From assembly GCF_006345805.1 (NCBI RefSeq), contig NC_043006.1, positions 13,020,001 through 13,084,000 of the forward strand: DNA of 64,000 bases. Direction: 5' to 3'. Position numbers and translations under genes: made by a program. The DNA comes from Octopus sinensis. Lineage: Eukaryota. Positions within the stretch are counted from its first letter, which is position 1. Each line of letters starts with the position of its first letter. Positions 1 through 12,744 of the stretch are shown here, in pieces. The notes under the pieces were generated by a model. It did not search any database, was not told the origin of the DNA, and saw only the letters and a list, made by a program, of their open reading frames with translations.

Positions 1-1064
1 CGTACATCAGAGCCATGGCAGAAGCTTTTCGTAAAAAAATTAAATTGTAAATGTTTTCAGAGAGGAAAACTAGGTGGTCTAAGTGAGATTTGGCCGTCGT
101 TACTATCACATCATAAGACAACCCTACTCATTACTTTCTCACTGTCGAATGGGTTTAATGGGATCGGCTTTTCAATATTATTCTCCCCAAATAAATACAT
201 AAGAAAAATGTGAAAAATCATGATTATTTGCAACCCCAGACCCTGCCCCCGATTGTTTCAGTTTGTGATTTAAAACACTGGAGAGCCTGAAATGGTCATT
301 GCTGGCATTTATCTACAGTAATTATTTTTTTAAATGAGGTATGTAAACGATAATTCATATTAATAGCATGATTTTCTGTTACAAAGTGTTTTTCTGACGC
401 CCACATATACGACTTCGCTTGATTGAGGCGGGAGTGCAAATCTAAATTACTTTTTTTTGCTTATATTCCACCAATGGACCACACGTGCGTTACTTCGGGA
501 TCATCATTCCATAAAATGTGTTTAATAGGACAAAAACTTTGCAAAAACCACAAGTACATGCGACAATGCGAGAGGGTGGTTTGGGATGTGCTAGAAGCAA
601 CAGCCGAATCTCCATTGGATCATACACCATTTCATCTGAACATATTTACATTTTCTTTACCGAAAAGTCTCCTCCCATGGTATTTATTTTTTTCAGTAAT
701 TTATCGTAGTTGTTTGCAAATAGCGAATTAAAACTTGAAATGAAAACATTAAAATAGAAAGTGAGAGGTTTCGCAAATAAGAACGAAAAATTTCACCGTT
801 GCTACGTCAATGCCGGAATTTGACATTAAAAAACATTTTAAAAGAAGTGAATCATATATATAAAGCAATATAATTTATTTATAATAAAAAAAATTAACTG
901 AAGGATCTATTATGTGTCCGAGGTCAAATTATTCATGCATCCCAAATATAGAAAGCAATTCGCACACCCGTTTTTGCGTGAAAAGTGAATACACACAAAC
1001 ACACACACAGGTGTACTTTATGTAAGATATATATGTGTGTATGTGTGCGTGCGTATGTATGTAT

Positions 1065-1088
1065 ACGTATAGATAGACAAATAGATAG

Positions 1089-1119
<31 letters not shown>

Positions 1120-1178
1120 GACAAACTGGTATATTGACAGACAGGTAGACAGACAGACAGACAGACAGATAGATAGAT

Positions 1179-1227
<49 letters not shown>

Positions 1228-1262
1228 TAGACAGACAGATAGATAGATAGATAGATAGATAT
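1065..1262. repeat. (GATA/GACA)n microsatellite
   Basis: Direct tandem tetranucleotide run; source of the spurious YLSI-rich ORF 933-1289. Confidence 0.95.
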
Positions 1263-1282
1263 TACATTATAGAAAACATCGG

Positions 1283-1327
<45 letters not shown>

Positions 1328-1386
1328 ATAATATATATATACTATATTATACACACACCACACATATATATATATAATATATAAAT

Positions 1387-1424
<38 letters not shown>

Positions 1425-1674
1425 GTACGCATGCATAGCCATATAAGTATAAATGTGTGTGTATGTGAGTGTGTGTTCGTGTGTGTGTCTGTGTGCGCGC
1501 GTGTGTGTGCGTAGAGTTTCTTGCAATTACCGTATACTAAATCATCTGTTGAGGTTTCTTGTAGTAGAAGAAGCTTGACCAGATGCCAGATCGTGGGACT
1601 GAATCCAAATCCATGTGGTCAAAAAGGAAATCTCTTACCACATATTCACGACACAGTCAATATGTATGTTTCTT

Positions 1675-2078
1675 ATTTCTTTATTGCCCACAAGGGGCTA
1701 AACATACAGGAGACAAACAAGGATATTAAGTCGATTACATCGACCCCAGTGTTTAAGGGGTACTTAATTTATAGACCCCGAAAGGATAAAAGGCAAAGTC
1801 GACCTCGGCCGAATTTGAACTCAGAACATAAACACAGACGAAATACCCATTTCTTTACTACCTACAAGGTGCTAAACACAGAGGGGACAAACAAGGACAG
1901 ACAAGCGGATGAAGTCGATTATATCGACCCCAGTGCGTAACTGGTACTTATTTAATCGATTCGAAACGATGAAGGGCAAAGTCGACCTCGGCTGAATTTG
2001 AACTCAGAACGTAACGGCAGACGAAATACCGCTAAGCATTTCGCCCGGCGTGCTAACGTTTCTGCCAGCTCGCCGCCT
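1675..2078 (-). mobile_element. SINE-A (tRNA-derived, Meta/MESC-like core), dimeric copy
   Basis: Reverse complement of GGCGGCGAGCTGGCAGAAACGTTAGC head, B-box GAGTTCAAATTC, core GTCGACTTTGCCTTTCATCCTTTCGGGGTCGAT; two body units. Confidence 0.85.
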
Positions 2079-2362
2079 TATAAGCCAATATGTATGTCTC
2101 TAATTGTCGTGGAATATAATTTCTATGTTACTTTTTATTCTTTTGTTACCTAATGACGTCATCAAATTTTATATACAAAACTAGCTTTTCTTAAAATAAC
2201 CTTTTCTACTCTCAGCACAAGGCCGGAAACTGTGGGGGAGGTGGCCAGTCGTTTAGATCGACCCCAGTACGCAACTGGTACTTAATTTCTTACCCCGAAA
2301 GGATGAAAGGCAAAGTGGATCTCGGCGGATTTGAACTCAGAACGTAGCGGCAGACGAAATAT

Positions 2363-2414
<52 letters not shown>

Positions 2415-2851
2415 CAAGAACAAGAACGCAAAACACATCTATTTATTGATGATTGATAAAACCATACCTTAGCGCTGATCGTGTCGCTTGTGTCATCTTA
2501 TTTAGAATTAGAAACAAAAAAGGCATGAAATACAAATGAAATTAATATAACGTTATCAAGACAATCTAAAATGGGCTAAATGCAAAGTGAACTAAAAAAT
2601 GTCACGGCCTTGTGCTTAGAGTAGAAAAGGTTATTTTAAGAAAAGCTAGTTTTGTATATAAAATTTGATGACGTCATTAGGTAACAAAAGAATAAAAAGT
2701 AACATAGAAATTATATTCCACGACAACTAGAGACATACATATTGGCTTATAAGGCGGCGAGCTGGCAGAAACGTTAGCACGCCGGGTGAAATGCTTAGCG
2801 GTATTTCGTCTGCCGCTACGTTCTGAGTTCAAATTCAGCCGAGGTCGACTT
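1979..2851. repeat. Local inverted duplication, arms 1979-2225 and 2605-2851
   Basis: Arms include unique non-SINE flank and share the private SINE variant GGCTGAATTTG. Confidence 0.9.
2195..2365 (-). mobile_element. SINE-A partial copy (alternative tail)
   Basis: Core motif plus ...GGCCTTGTGC..AGAGTAGAAAAGG-type tail. Confidence 0.75.
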
Positions 2852-2919
2852 ATATGCATATATGTATATATACATATATACATGTATATTCATATATATA
2901 TATTTCTTTCATTTTCTCA

Positions 2920-2971
<52 letters not shown>

Positions 2972-2992
2972 TTATTTATATATATATATGTC

Positions 2993-3270
2993 ACAGTGAG
3001 CACCGTGACCGACCAGGCTATCAGATGTTACTACACATCGCTGGTCACAATGCGAAGCGCATTGTTTTAGCCTTCAAATGACGCAACAGAAGAAAGAGTG
3101 AGAGAAAGTTATGGCGAAAGACCACTGCAAGGATCGCCACAACCCCTTGCTGGAGCCTCGCGGAGGTCTTAGGTGTTTTTGCTCAATAAACAGTCAAAAC
3201 GCCCGGTCTGGAAATCGCAACCGTGTTCCCACGACTGCGAGTCCGCTACCCTAAACCACTGGGACATTAT
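2993..3270 (-). mobile_element. SINE-C head/body with variant 3' module
   Basis: Matches the SINE-C head (CCAGTGGTTTAGGGTAGCGGACTCGC) and body; 3' part differs from other copies. Confidence 0.7.
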
Positions 3271-3271
3271 A

Positions 3272-3303
<32 letters not shown>

Positions 3304-3322
3304 TATATATATATATATATAT

Positions 3323-3376
<54 letters not shown>

Positions 3377-3385
3377 AATAATATA

Positions 3386-3432
<47 letters not shown>

Positions 3433-4332
3433 ATAGAGGCAAATTAATTATAAATGTCTTCAATTAATTATATGAGCCAATAATTTAAAGTAGCGTTGAT
3501 TTCTTGACTTTACTGTTACCAAATATATTTAGCTGAAAGACCTCCTGATTCAATTACAGTTTCAGAAATTCAGGAAAACAGAATCGTTCGGAGAGGACAA
3601 CTTTTAATTAGAGTGCTGTGTTTTATTATATTGTGCTCTGTTTTTCAATTTGTTCCTCCAAAAATTCTCCATTAGAAACCTATTTCATTGATTTGAATAT
3701 TTTCTTAATTAAAATAAATATTATTAATCGAAGTGTATTGAAAAGAATTATAACCTACACAGTTAAAATTTGTATTATTCATGATTACATCACTTGATTT
3801 GGCTACATTCAAAGCGTTATAACTGTACCGCAATGGTACCGGAACGTTTTTACACCATGTGTTTTTGATACTAGTACTTAAGTAGCTAAACGTGTATTTT
3901 GCGGTATGTATGTATATCTGTGTGTGTATGCATGTATATATGTTTGTGTACATATATGTATATGTACGCATTTATGTGTGTGTGAATATATGCACACTTT
4001 TATATGCATATATGTTTATAAACATGTGTCAATGTGCGCGTGCCTGTATGTGTGTGTGTATGCATATATCTTTGGTTCAGTAAACAACTGAAAGAAAATG
4101 GTACTCGATGTATTGAGTAGGACTCACAAGTATATCATTTAAGACAGTCTGATTCGGATTGATGCGACTTAGTGTTTCGTTGTTTTCTATCAGAGACCCA
4201 ATTCGTTCAGTCTTACATTACCGAATGAAGGAATACAGGAAATATAATATGACTACCAGGAAATGGGATGCTATTGGGCTACATTCGCTTCCATAAATGT
4301 GATGTTCCCACGTTCACCACTCATATATATAT

Positions 4333-4550
4333 ATAACAGGAAGGTTTGCGAAAATAAACAAAGACGAAGGCAGGTGGAGTACAAACAAACGAATGTATTA
4401 GTATGGTGCTCAGGAATAGAAATTGAATAAGTCCATTTACGTTTCGAGCCTACGCGCTTCGACAGAAATATACACAGAAAAAAACAAGGAGAGAAACAAG
4501 GAGAGAAAAAAATGCGTGTAGGAGCTAACGATCAATCATGGCGTCCTGAT
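4333..4550 (-). mobile_element. Penelope-like terminal repeat fragment (family P1) with hammerhead-like motif
   Basis: Similar copies at 20790-20925 and 39685-39905; minus strand CTGTCGA-AGCGCGTAGGCTC-GAAACGTA. Confidence 0.6.
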
Positions 4551-4552
4551 AT

Positions 4553-4601
<49 letters not shown>

Positions 4602-5896
4602 GCAGGAGAGAGGCTGGGGAAGAGATACTCTTTCACAAGATATTAACCTCGTAGGGAATGCTTATGCTTTTAATGTTACTGCATTTGCCGTCTAAGGTTA
4701 GAACCTGATTATATGACCGAGTAACACTATACGTAAGAAGGAGCGAGATATAAAGAACAAAAGCCGATGTTGCACGGGGGCACAATTGTTTACTCTGTGT
4801 GGGGACAAATATACTTATGTGTTAAACGTATGAAAGGGGGATATTTTTAGTAAGCACATATTTTTAGTCTGTTTGTGAAAAGTAGACACCAGGAATAAAC
4901 TACGTATTTTTGTTATTATCTCTATAAGATTGTCATAGAAGTAAGTTTAACTCACATTATATTTATCTGAATGTCATGAGGTGCTCCAACTAATTATTTC
5001 ATATTAACGATTTCAAACTTGTGCAAATTATGACAAAGAATGTATATCTATCCGACTTTGTGCAGACTGTAAATAACTGAAAGTTACTATGCAGACTGCG
5101 ATCAACAAAATTAAAAAGCTTATCTCTAATAAGGCACCAAACATAGCTGAAACTTGTTAAATCGATCACATTTTTTTATCCATAGAAAAGAAAATATCTT
5201 CAGTAAAGTCATCTCCAATTCAAAGCGTCTTCAGCAAAAATAAGAAGAGAAATATAATAAACTTGGAAGTCTGGAAACACAAATCTGTTCGAGTTTCATA
5301 ATTTTTTTATGGTTTTTCATATTTCGTCGATGTTTAGGATTACTTTGGAACAATAATATTCCTTAGTCTAACTGTAATCTTTCAAGATATTTATGGTCTC
5401 ATATTCTGAATGAAATCGAAACAAGTAGCGTTTTCTTGTTGCATTTTGTACTAGGGAGCAAGGGGTAACAACAATAACATTGTAACTGACAAAATCACCA
5501 ACGCCAAAAAAAATTTATATAAAGGTAAATTACGGGCTACTTTCATAATTTATTCTGGTGTACGTGCCAGTTGATTTTGCTATTAATAAAACTTAAATAC
5601 TTAATCTACTTTTTTATAGAATCATATAATATGGCACCTTGATCTGTTTTGCCTATCAAGATTTGTTGCATGTTCAAACATGAACTCAAGGAAATCAGAA
5701 ACGGCAACGTTTGGAAGCCTGCATTATGCTACTTTTCTCGTCACAAAAATGAATCATTTTTGAATCGTAGCATGTGATGAGAATTGTAACATGTCACGAA
5801 AAATGGACCCGATACAATAACCCTACATAATATTTCTTCTAACCGGATTTGTCTCTTTGTTCTCTTCATATTGAATGAATAATATTGTATTTAAGA

Positions 5897-6128
5897 AGGC
5901 GGCGAGCTGGCAGAAACGTTAGCACGCCAGGCGAAATACTTAGTAGTACTTGGTCTGCCACTACGTTCTGAGTTCAAATTCCGCCGAGGTCGACTTTGCC
6001 TTTCATCCTTTCGGGGTCGATTAAATAAGTGCCAGTTACGCACTGGGGTCGATGTAATCGACTTAACCTCTTTGTTTGTCCTTCTTTGTCCCCTCTATGT
6101 TTAGCCCCCTGTGGGCAATAAAGAAATA
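5897..6128 (+). mobile_element. SINE-A full monomer
   Basis: Head, B-box, core and tail ending GTGGGCAATAAAGAAAT. Confidence 0.9.
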
Positions 6129-6224
6129 AATATAGTATTTAAGTATTTTCGGAAAATCTGTGACAGTTTGCAACAGTCATGTCTCCATAGCAGTGTTTAT
6201 GGTAACCACTCTGTAATTCTTCTT

Positions 6225-6600
6225 ATTCTTTAATAAGTTTCAGCCCAGAGGCTGTAGTCGTGCCGGAGTACCGCCAGTGTAATCCCCTTTTCAGTGTCTA
6301 TTCCAATGTGACTGGCCATTGATGAATGAAGGAGGTCGACAACGCTGCCCTCTTTTGTGATTCTTGCCGTGATATAGGTTCATTTGGGACGTTCGAAAGC
6401 AAGAGATCAAGTTGTTGCTTGAAAACATCTACCCCTTCTCCATGAAGATCTCTCAGATTTTTTGGCAAAGAATTAAATAGCTGTGGGACGTCACTCTAAA
6501 CGGAATACCTGGGACTTTTGGAACAGTGCATGGAAATCCAGTCCATGGAGTTAGTATAGCTCTCGAAGCGAAAGTTTGGTGTCAATTCCAGTAGGGCCTT
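6225..6600 (-). mobile_element. CR1-clade LINE 3' end relic
   Basis: Minus translation ...KNLRDLHGEGVDVFKQQLDLLLSNVPNEPISRQESQKRAA resembles the CR1 ORF2 C-terminus; followed by GCGGTACTCCGGCACG...CTGAAAC tail. Confidence 0.75.
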
Positions 6601-6609
6601 CAATGGATC

Positions 6610-7800
6610 TTTTCATAATTACAATTAATCAAACGCTAAAACCCGGCATATATTTATTAATGAATTGTTTTTCGTTGGTGATTCACTTATACTTTGTAGC
6701 TACATCTAAACATTATAGCGATAATTTGTTAAAATTAAGTACGTTTATTATAGCACATATCGCAACAATTCCACTTAATGGAATTTCTCGGATATCTCCA
6801 TAATTTTATGTTGCTGGGTTAATGTTATTCATTAGTTTAGTGACAATCCTATTTGTTCTATGCAATTTTTCAGGCATTCATAATATTTTATTACATGGAT
6901 TAACTTCTGAATCCTACAATTAAAATATACTTTCTCTTTAAAGATTTGTGTACGATTAAACGTAAACTTTTATTGCTCTGTCAATTGTATGCAATTACCA
7001 CTATTTGACCTCATGAATTATGTAAGAATTTGTTCAGAAATTTGTTCTTGAAATTTTGCCCAAATAAATATATTTTCAGTGTGGTAGATTATCTTTTGCT
7101 TTTGAAGACTCGTTGATTTTTCCGAAGTTGTTCCATTTTCTTCATATAAATTCGCTATTATTGTTACAAATAAGATTAGATATTTCAGCGTTTCTAGGGC
7201 TAAACGATGTGACTTATGGTAAGACATTTGATTTTTTTCGGGGGCGGGGAGTAGATTTTATTCTTCTTAGAACTTGTATATACAAGAGTAATCATTCCGT
7301 TCAACTTATTTAAAGAATGTCTACAATAGTATTAGATTCTGCTAAACGTGATCAAAGACTGGTCAATTTGAAAAGCATCCTTGTTCAAAAAGCATTTCCA
7401 CTAACTTTCATTACAATTTGAATAGAAAGCACAAAACTTACAGATAATTGAGATCTGAGGAGAGTAAAACCTAAAATCAAGATAAACATTTTTCAATATA
7501 TTTAGATTTAACCCCAAAACTACCGGAATATTTAACGACCGAATTTGTAAAAAAAAGAAAAAGAAAACTTACCTCTTTTATAGGAAGATAGAATATTCTG
7601 GACACAACAGGTCTTCAAACGCAAATGCAAACGTAAAAGACAATTTAAATGATTGAAAAATAGAGCAAACATAAGCTTCCAATCCACTAATACAAAATGC
7701 AGATCAGATTCATTAGTGGCTTAGATTTTACTGCAGGATTCGACATTAAGTATGGAAGTAAACAAACATTGAAAGTGGAAAAGAAATTTACTTATAACTT
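6610..7800. mobile_element. Decayed Penelope-like ORF fragments in opposite orientations
   Basis: Plus 7340-7500 RDQRLVNLKSILVQKAFPLTFI resembles the PLE post-RT region; minus 6640-6900 EIPLSG...KQFINKYMP resembles a GIY-YIG C-terminus; many stops. Confidence 0.45.
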
Positions 7801-7826
7801 TCTGAATTTAATATATAAGATATTTA

Positions 7827-8410
7827 AAGCGGTAGCCTGGCAGAAACGTTAGCACGCCGGCGAAATGCGTAACCGTATTTCGTCTAACGTTACGTTCTGA
7901 GTTCAAATTATGCCGAGGTCGACTTAGCCTGTCATCCCTTCGGGGTCGATTAATTAAGTACCAGTTACGCACTGGGGTAGATATAATTGACTTAATCCGT
8001 CTATCTATCATTGTTTGTCTCCTCTGTGTTTAGCCCCTTGTGGGTAGTAAAGAAATAGGTATTTCGTCAGCAACTACGTTCTGAGTTCAAATTCCGCCGA
8101 GGTCAACTTTGCCTTTCATCCTTTCGGGGTCGATTAAATATGTACCAGTTACGCACTGAGGTCGATATAATCGACTTAAACCGTTTGTCTGTCATTGTTT
8201 GTCCCCTCTGAGTTTAGCCCCTTGTGGCCAGTAAAGAAATAGGTATTTCGTCTGTCTTCATTTCTGAGTTCAAATTCTGCCGAGGTTGACTTTGCTTTTC
8301 ATCCTTTGGAGATCGATAAATTAAGCACCAGTTACGTACTGGAGTCGATCTAAGCGACTGGCCTCCCCTGCCCAAAATTTTGGGCCCTGTGCCTAGAGAA
8401 GGAAGGAATA
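7827..8410 (+). mobile_element. SINE-A concatemer (head plus three core units)
   Basis: Repeated GAGTTCAAATT...GGGGTCGAT units joined by AAAGAAATAGGTATTTCGTC. Confidence 0.9.
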
Positions 8411-8574
8411 TATATGATATTTGTTAAAAACTGAAAAGTGACCTTGACGCATTGTCTTATTTTAATGTATACGAATAAGATAGTTTAAGAATGTACATCA
8501 GTTATCTCATTCAGTCTCTGTTAGTTTCAAAGCGTTTAACTTGATCCATCACCATAAAATTATGTTACTTTTTG

Positions 8575-8710
8575 CTTTCAAAGATATATTCATAATTATC
8601 AAAGATAATTATGAATATATTCATAATTATCAAAAATGTATTCATAATTATCAAAGATATATTATCGACGATATATTCATAATTAACAAAAATATATATC
8701 ATAATTAGAG
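8575..8710. repeat. Degenerate minisatellite of TATTCATAATTATCAAAGATA-like units
   Basis: About five imperfect tandem units seen directly. Confidence 0.7.
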
Positions 8711-9608
8711 GAAGAAGAATGCCTCGTTGGCTTTTCTCAGTGCCTCCGAGATTGCAAGCGTGAAGGGAGGAAGTTGTTCTCACCGAAGTGAACTGGCCCA
8801 AATGCTTGCAACAGAGTGGGCTCTGCTAGAAGTAAACAAGCACTAAGCGATGCTGCTAATCTGAGTCACAGATTAAGTCTATTACCGAAGACGTTTATTT
8901 CAGAAGAAGAGTCCCTTTGACTAGATTATTGAAGTTACAAAGACATGTTAGATTCAATGGTAGAAGGAAAATAATCTTAATGAAGGTATCGTGCTGTGGA
9001 ATCAAACACGAAGTCATATACTAGCGAAACGAATATTTTAACCAGGGTGCCATGCTTACACTTCTAACTTGCCATTCTCAGTATTGACACACGCAAATGC
9101 AAATTCGTATCTATATGTCTATCCATCTTCTGTCTTCTTATTTAATATAATTTCATTTATATTGTTCGCGTCTTTCTTTCGATTATTAAGGCGATTATTA
9201 GATACAAACTTACGTCAGTAGTTTATTTAAAATGTCATACGGTTATATCTATAATCTATAAGGTGTTAGAGACATCGAAAACTTGTCAACATATGATATA
9301 TTTAATGCCTAGCAGTCTATTAGATCTCGTCCATCTCCACAATGTTACTCACAAGAAGAATTGACATTTACGTTTGAAATTAAATTTGAACTTAACACCC
9401 ACGGTACTTATTTACAACAAGTTAGAGTTGACAATTGAGACAATGCAATATCGGAAACGAATACGAATTTCGGATCCGTCATTCCACTGTTGAACTCGCT
9501 ATCAACTTTGAAATTCCCAGATCCACTTAATTCATACTAGACCGTTTCGACCTAAACATTAAATTATGAATTATCATAAGTTTTACTTCTGTGATTTGTG
9601 ATACCAAT

Positions 9609-9806
9609 TTCTTTACAACCCACAAGGGGCTAAACACAGAGGGGACGAACAAGGACAAACAAATGGATTAAGTCGAGATTATATAGACCCCGAAAGGATG
9701 AAAGGCAAAGTCGACCTGGGTGGAATTTGAACTCAGAACGTAGCGGCAGACGAAATACCGCTAAGCATTTCGCCCGGCGTGCTAACGTTTCTGCCAGCTC
9801 ACCGCC
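9609..9806 (-). mobile_element. SINE-A copy with internal deletion
   Basis: Head, B-box, core and tail motifs. Confidence 0.85.
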
Positions 9807-10293
9807 AAACGGCGATACCATGCTGCTCAACTGTTCCTCTGTGAAACTCCCGTAGTTAATCTTCAAAAGATTTAATGCTAAAATGAAACGAACACGCAAT
9901 AAATATATCTTCAACTTCCTGCTTTTCTCTCTGATCGTAGCTCTCAAGTACTATGTGTTTTAAATTCTCTTAGCCTTGAATATTTAAAACGTAGATGAGG
10001 CTATAGATGGAATCATTTCTCTACATCAACAAGATATGATATTTATGTGTGAAAATAAAGTAGCGACAGGTGTATATTGATTTCTTTCGAAGTACTAACT
10101 CTGTGAAAGGTAGATTTGAAATTACGTAAAGATTTGTTCAAGCTAATAAACTACCTGGGTGGGAAATCAATGAAGCGTTAGCAATATCAAACGAATCTGA
10201 CCAGAAATTATGGCTACAACACTATTTCATTATCCAGAGAAGAAACACGAAAGGTCATATATTCAAAGGTTCATATAATTAATGTGTATGTAC

Positions 10294-10353
<60 letters not shown>

Positions 10354-10433
10354 ATATATATATATATATGTATATATGTATATATAATATATATATATAT
10401 ATATATGTATCTATATGTATATATATATTATAT

Positions 10434-10484
<51 letters not shown>

Positions 10485-10923
10485 GTATATATATATACAT
10501 ATATATATGTTATATATATATGTATATATGTATATATATATTATATATATATATATATACATATATACATACATGTGTGTGTATGTATGTATACATATAT
10601 ACACACACACATACATATACGTATATACGTGCTAAGGCATACAGCATGCCTAACCTTTTTAACAAACATGAAGTGGATTCTCAGTCGTAGAAGAAGGAAA
10701 TAATTAAGACGTAGAAGATACGAAGGTAATAAATTTAAGTAGTAATGTAAAAAATTCAGTAGGTATCTTGTAATTTACTTATGGGGCTGAATGATCGATG
10801 GCGAGGCCATATTTGGAGATTAACAGCCTAATGTTCACCATATGCGAGGTTTTTGTATTTTGATATTTGTCAGGATTTGTTGTCATATTACTCTATTTCC
10901 GACTCTCTGCTTTTATATACTGA

Positions 10924-11295
10924 CTAGCAGTATCGCCCGGCGTTGCTCGGGTTTGTAAGGGAAGTAACTATAAAGCATTTTTAGAGAGTTATAACCAAAA
11001 AATGGAAAAAAAATTATGGTAAATTTTTTTTTTAGTTAAAAAGGTCGAGTTGCGTCCCCTAGACAGTCTGTGGTTTGTGTTTCTGATTCTCGACCTCATG
11101 TCGAATTTATCGATTTTTTTCAGAACCGGGGGAAATTTTCAAAATTTTCGCTGCGTTACTTTTGAATTATGACATTGGGCTATGTGTGTGTCAAGTTTCA
11201 TCAGAATCGGTTGAAAGCCGTGGTCAGGGTGAGGGTACAACCTAACAGACACACAGAAACACACACAGACAAACTGCCGTTTATATATATAGAGA
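10924..11295 (-). mobile_element. Non-autonomous Helitron (family H1)
   Basis: Minus strand A|TCTCTATATATATAA ... CCCGAGCAACGCCGGG hairpin - CGATACTG CTAG|T; canonical TC/CTAG termini between A and T. Confidence 0.85.
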
Positions 11296-11402
11296 TATCT
11301 TGCTGCTGAAGAAGTAGTCAGTCAAAACTCAAAACGAGAACGATTTCAATATTAGTTCGTTATTTGCAGAAGGTGTGAAGTAAAATCATGTATCAACACC
11401 GA

Positions 11403-11460
11403 ATGGCGGTGCCCCAGCATGGCCACAGCTCGTGAGCTGAAACTAGAAAAAGAAAATAGA
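11403..11460 (+). mobile_element. Solo CR1/SINE-B-type 3' tail
   Basis: GGCGGTGCCCCAGCATGGCCACAG...CTGAAAC followed by A-rich run. Confidence 0.6.
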
Positions 11461-11779
11461 AAAAAAAAGAAAGATATTTCACGAACTATGTTGTGGTTAT
11501 TGTCATCGACGTTGCTTGTTATAGGCCGTTCAGCAACCCTAATCGAGATTACCTATAATGAAATGCTTTCACGCGAACAAACCATCTTTTTAGGAATCCA
11601 TAGCATTACGCTATGTAAAGTAGTTATTCATTATATAAGGTGAGTCTGATCTGATAAAGATTTAACTTCTATTTCTAGCCACATAACTACAAGAGGTTCC
11701 ACCATTCATACTTTACATCGTTCACCGGTTCGTTTTCTTTTTACGCCCTTGTGGTACGACAGACTGGACACCAGCCACA

Positions 11780-12166
11780 GTGGAGGCGCAATGGCCCAAT
11801 GGTTAGGGCAGCGGACTCGCGGTCGGATGATCGCGGTTTCGATTCCCAGACCGGGTGTTGTGTGTGTTTATTGAGCGAAAACACCTAAAGCTCCACGAGG
11901 CTCCGGCAGGGGGTGGTGGCGACCCCTGCTGTACTCTTTCGCCCCAACTTTCACTCACTCTTTCTTCCTGTTTCTTGTCCCCGACTTCCTACGCAACCGC
12001 TGAGCCTGGATGCGCATTCATCCATCCGGGTCGGGGGTTGACTTGCTTTCTCTTCTGCAGGTCTTACGAATAGCAAAGGAGCACGTTTCGGACTTCTCCC
12101 ACTGGACGAAGACCGCTACGCTCAACAGCAACAACAGCAGCTTCTCTCAACAAACAAACAAAAAAA
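11780..12166 (+). mobile_element. SINE-C (tRNA-derived head) with variant 3' module
   Basis: GTGGAGGCGCAATGGCCCAATGGTTAGGGCAGCGGACTCGC head; (CAA)/A-rich tail; imperfect TSD ACACCAGCC(T)CACA at 11768-11779 and 12167-12180. Confidence 0.8.
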
Positions 12167-12744
12167 ACACCAGCCTCACAATTACATGCTCAACACGTCC
12201 TGCACTTTAATAATGTTTAGCGAATCCAATCTCACAAATTGTCTTTGGTTATAAAATTTGGTACTGTAATTTCATGATTTGGTACGAGGGCAGATAATAA
12301 GAACAACAGTCTTTTATAACAATAATTTATTGGCCAATTGTGTTTATATCACAGAGGAACAAATCTTAATTAAAATATTTAAAGGGAATAGAATAACCAT
12401 GTATACGCTGCTGAGTTAATTCTTTTCAGACGTATGAAAGATTAATGATATTATTTCTATAGTAAATAAACCCTTCACGAATGGAAACTGAGCAGGTGCA
12501 GTTGCTCTGTTTTCCTTCTCCATAGTTAAGTGATGATACCCAGTTCCTCACCTGTTAAGGTTTGAGATATTGAGTCACAGTTTCTCAAGGACTTCACCCA
12601 CAGTCTTTTCACTATGAATAATGCTAGCATTATTCTCGACAGCATAACATGTGAAAAATAGAAACAGCCGAATCCTTTCGCAGTGGAAAGGTGTTGTTCT
12701 ATACTTCATGTATATATTATCTGCATAGTTTGACATACATTTTT

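Noticed and set aside
7827-8410. Repeat-like arrays resembling CRISPR
   Set aside because: Eukaryotic SINE concatemers; no unique spacers and no cas genes
10282-10690. Long YI-, CV-, HT- or N-rich ORFs here and throughout the window
   Set aside because: Translations of (TA)n, (TG)n and (AAT)n microsatellites
12280-12700. Possible additional mariner relic (TACGAGGG TIR-like start, ENNASIIHSEKTVGEVLEKL)
   Set aside because: Too degraded to support as a feature
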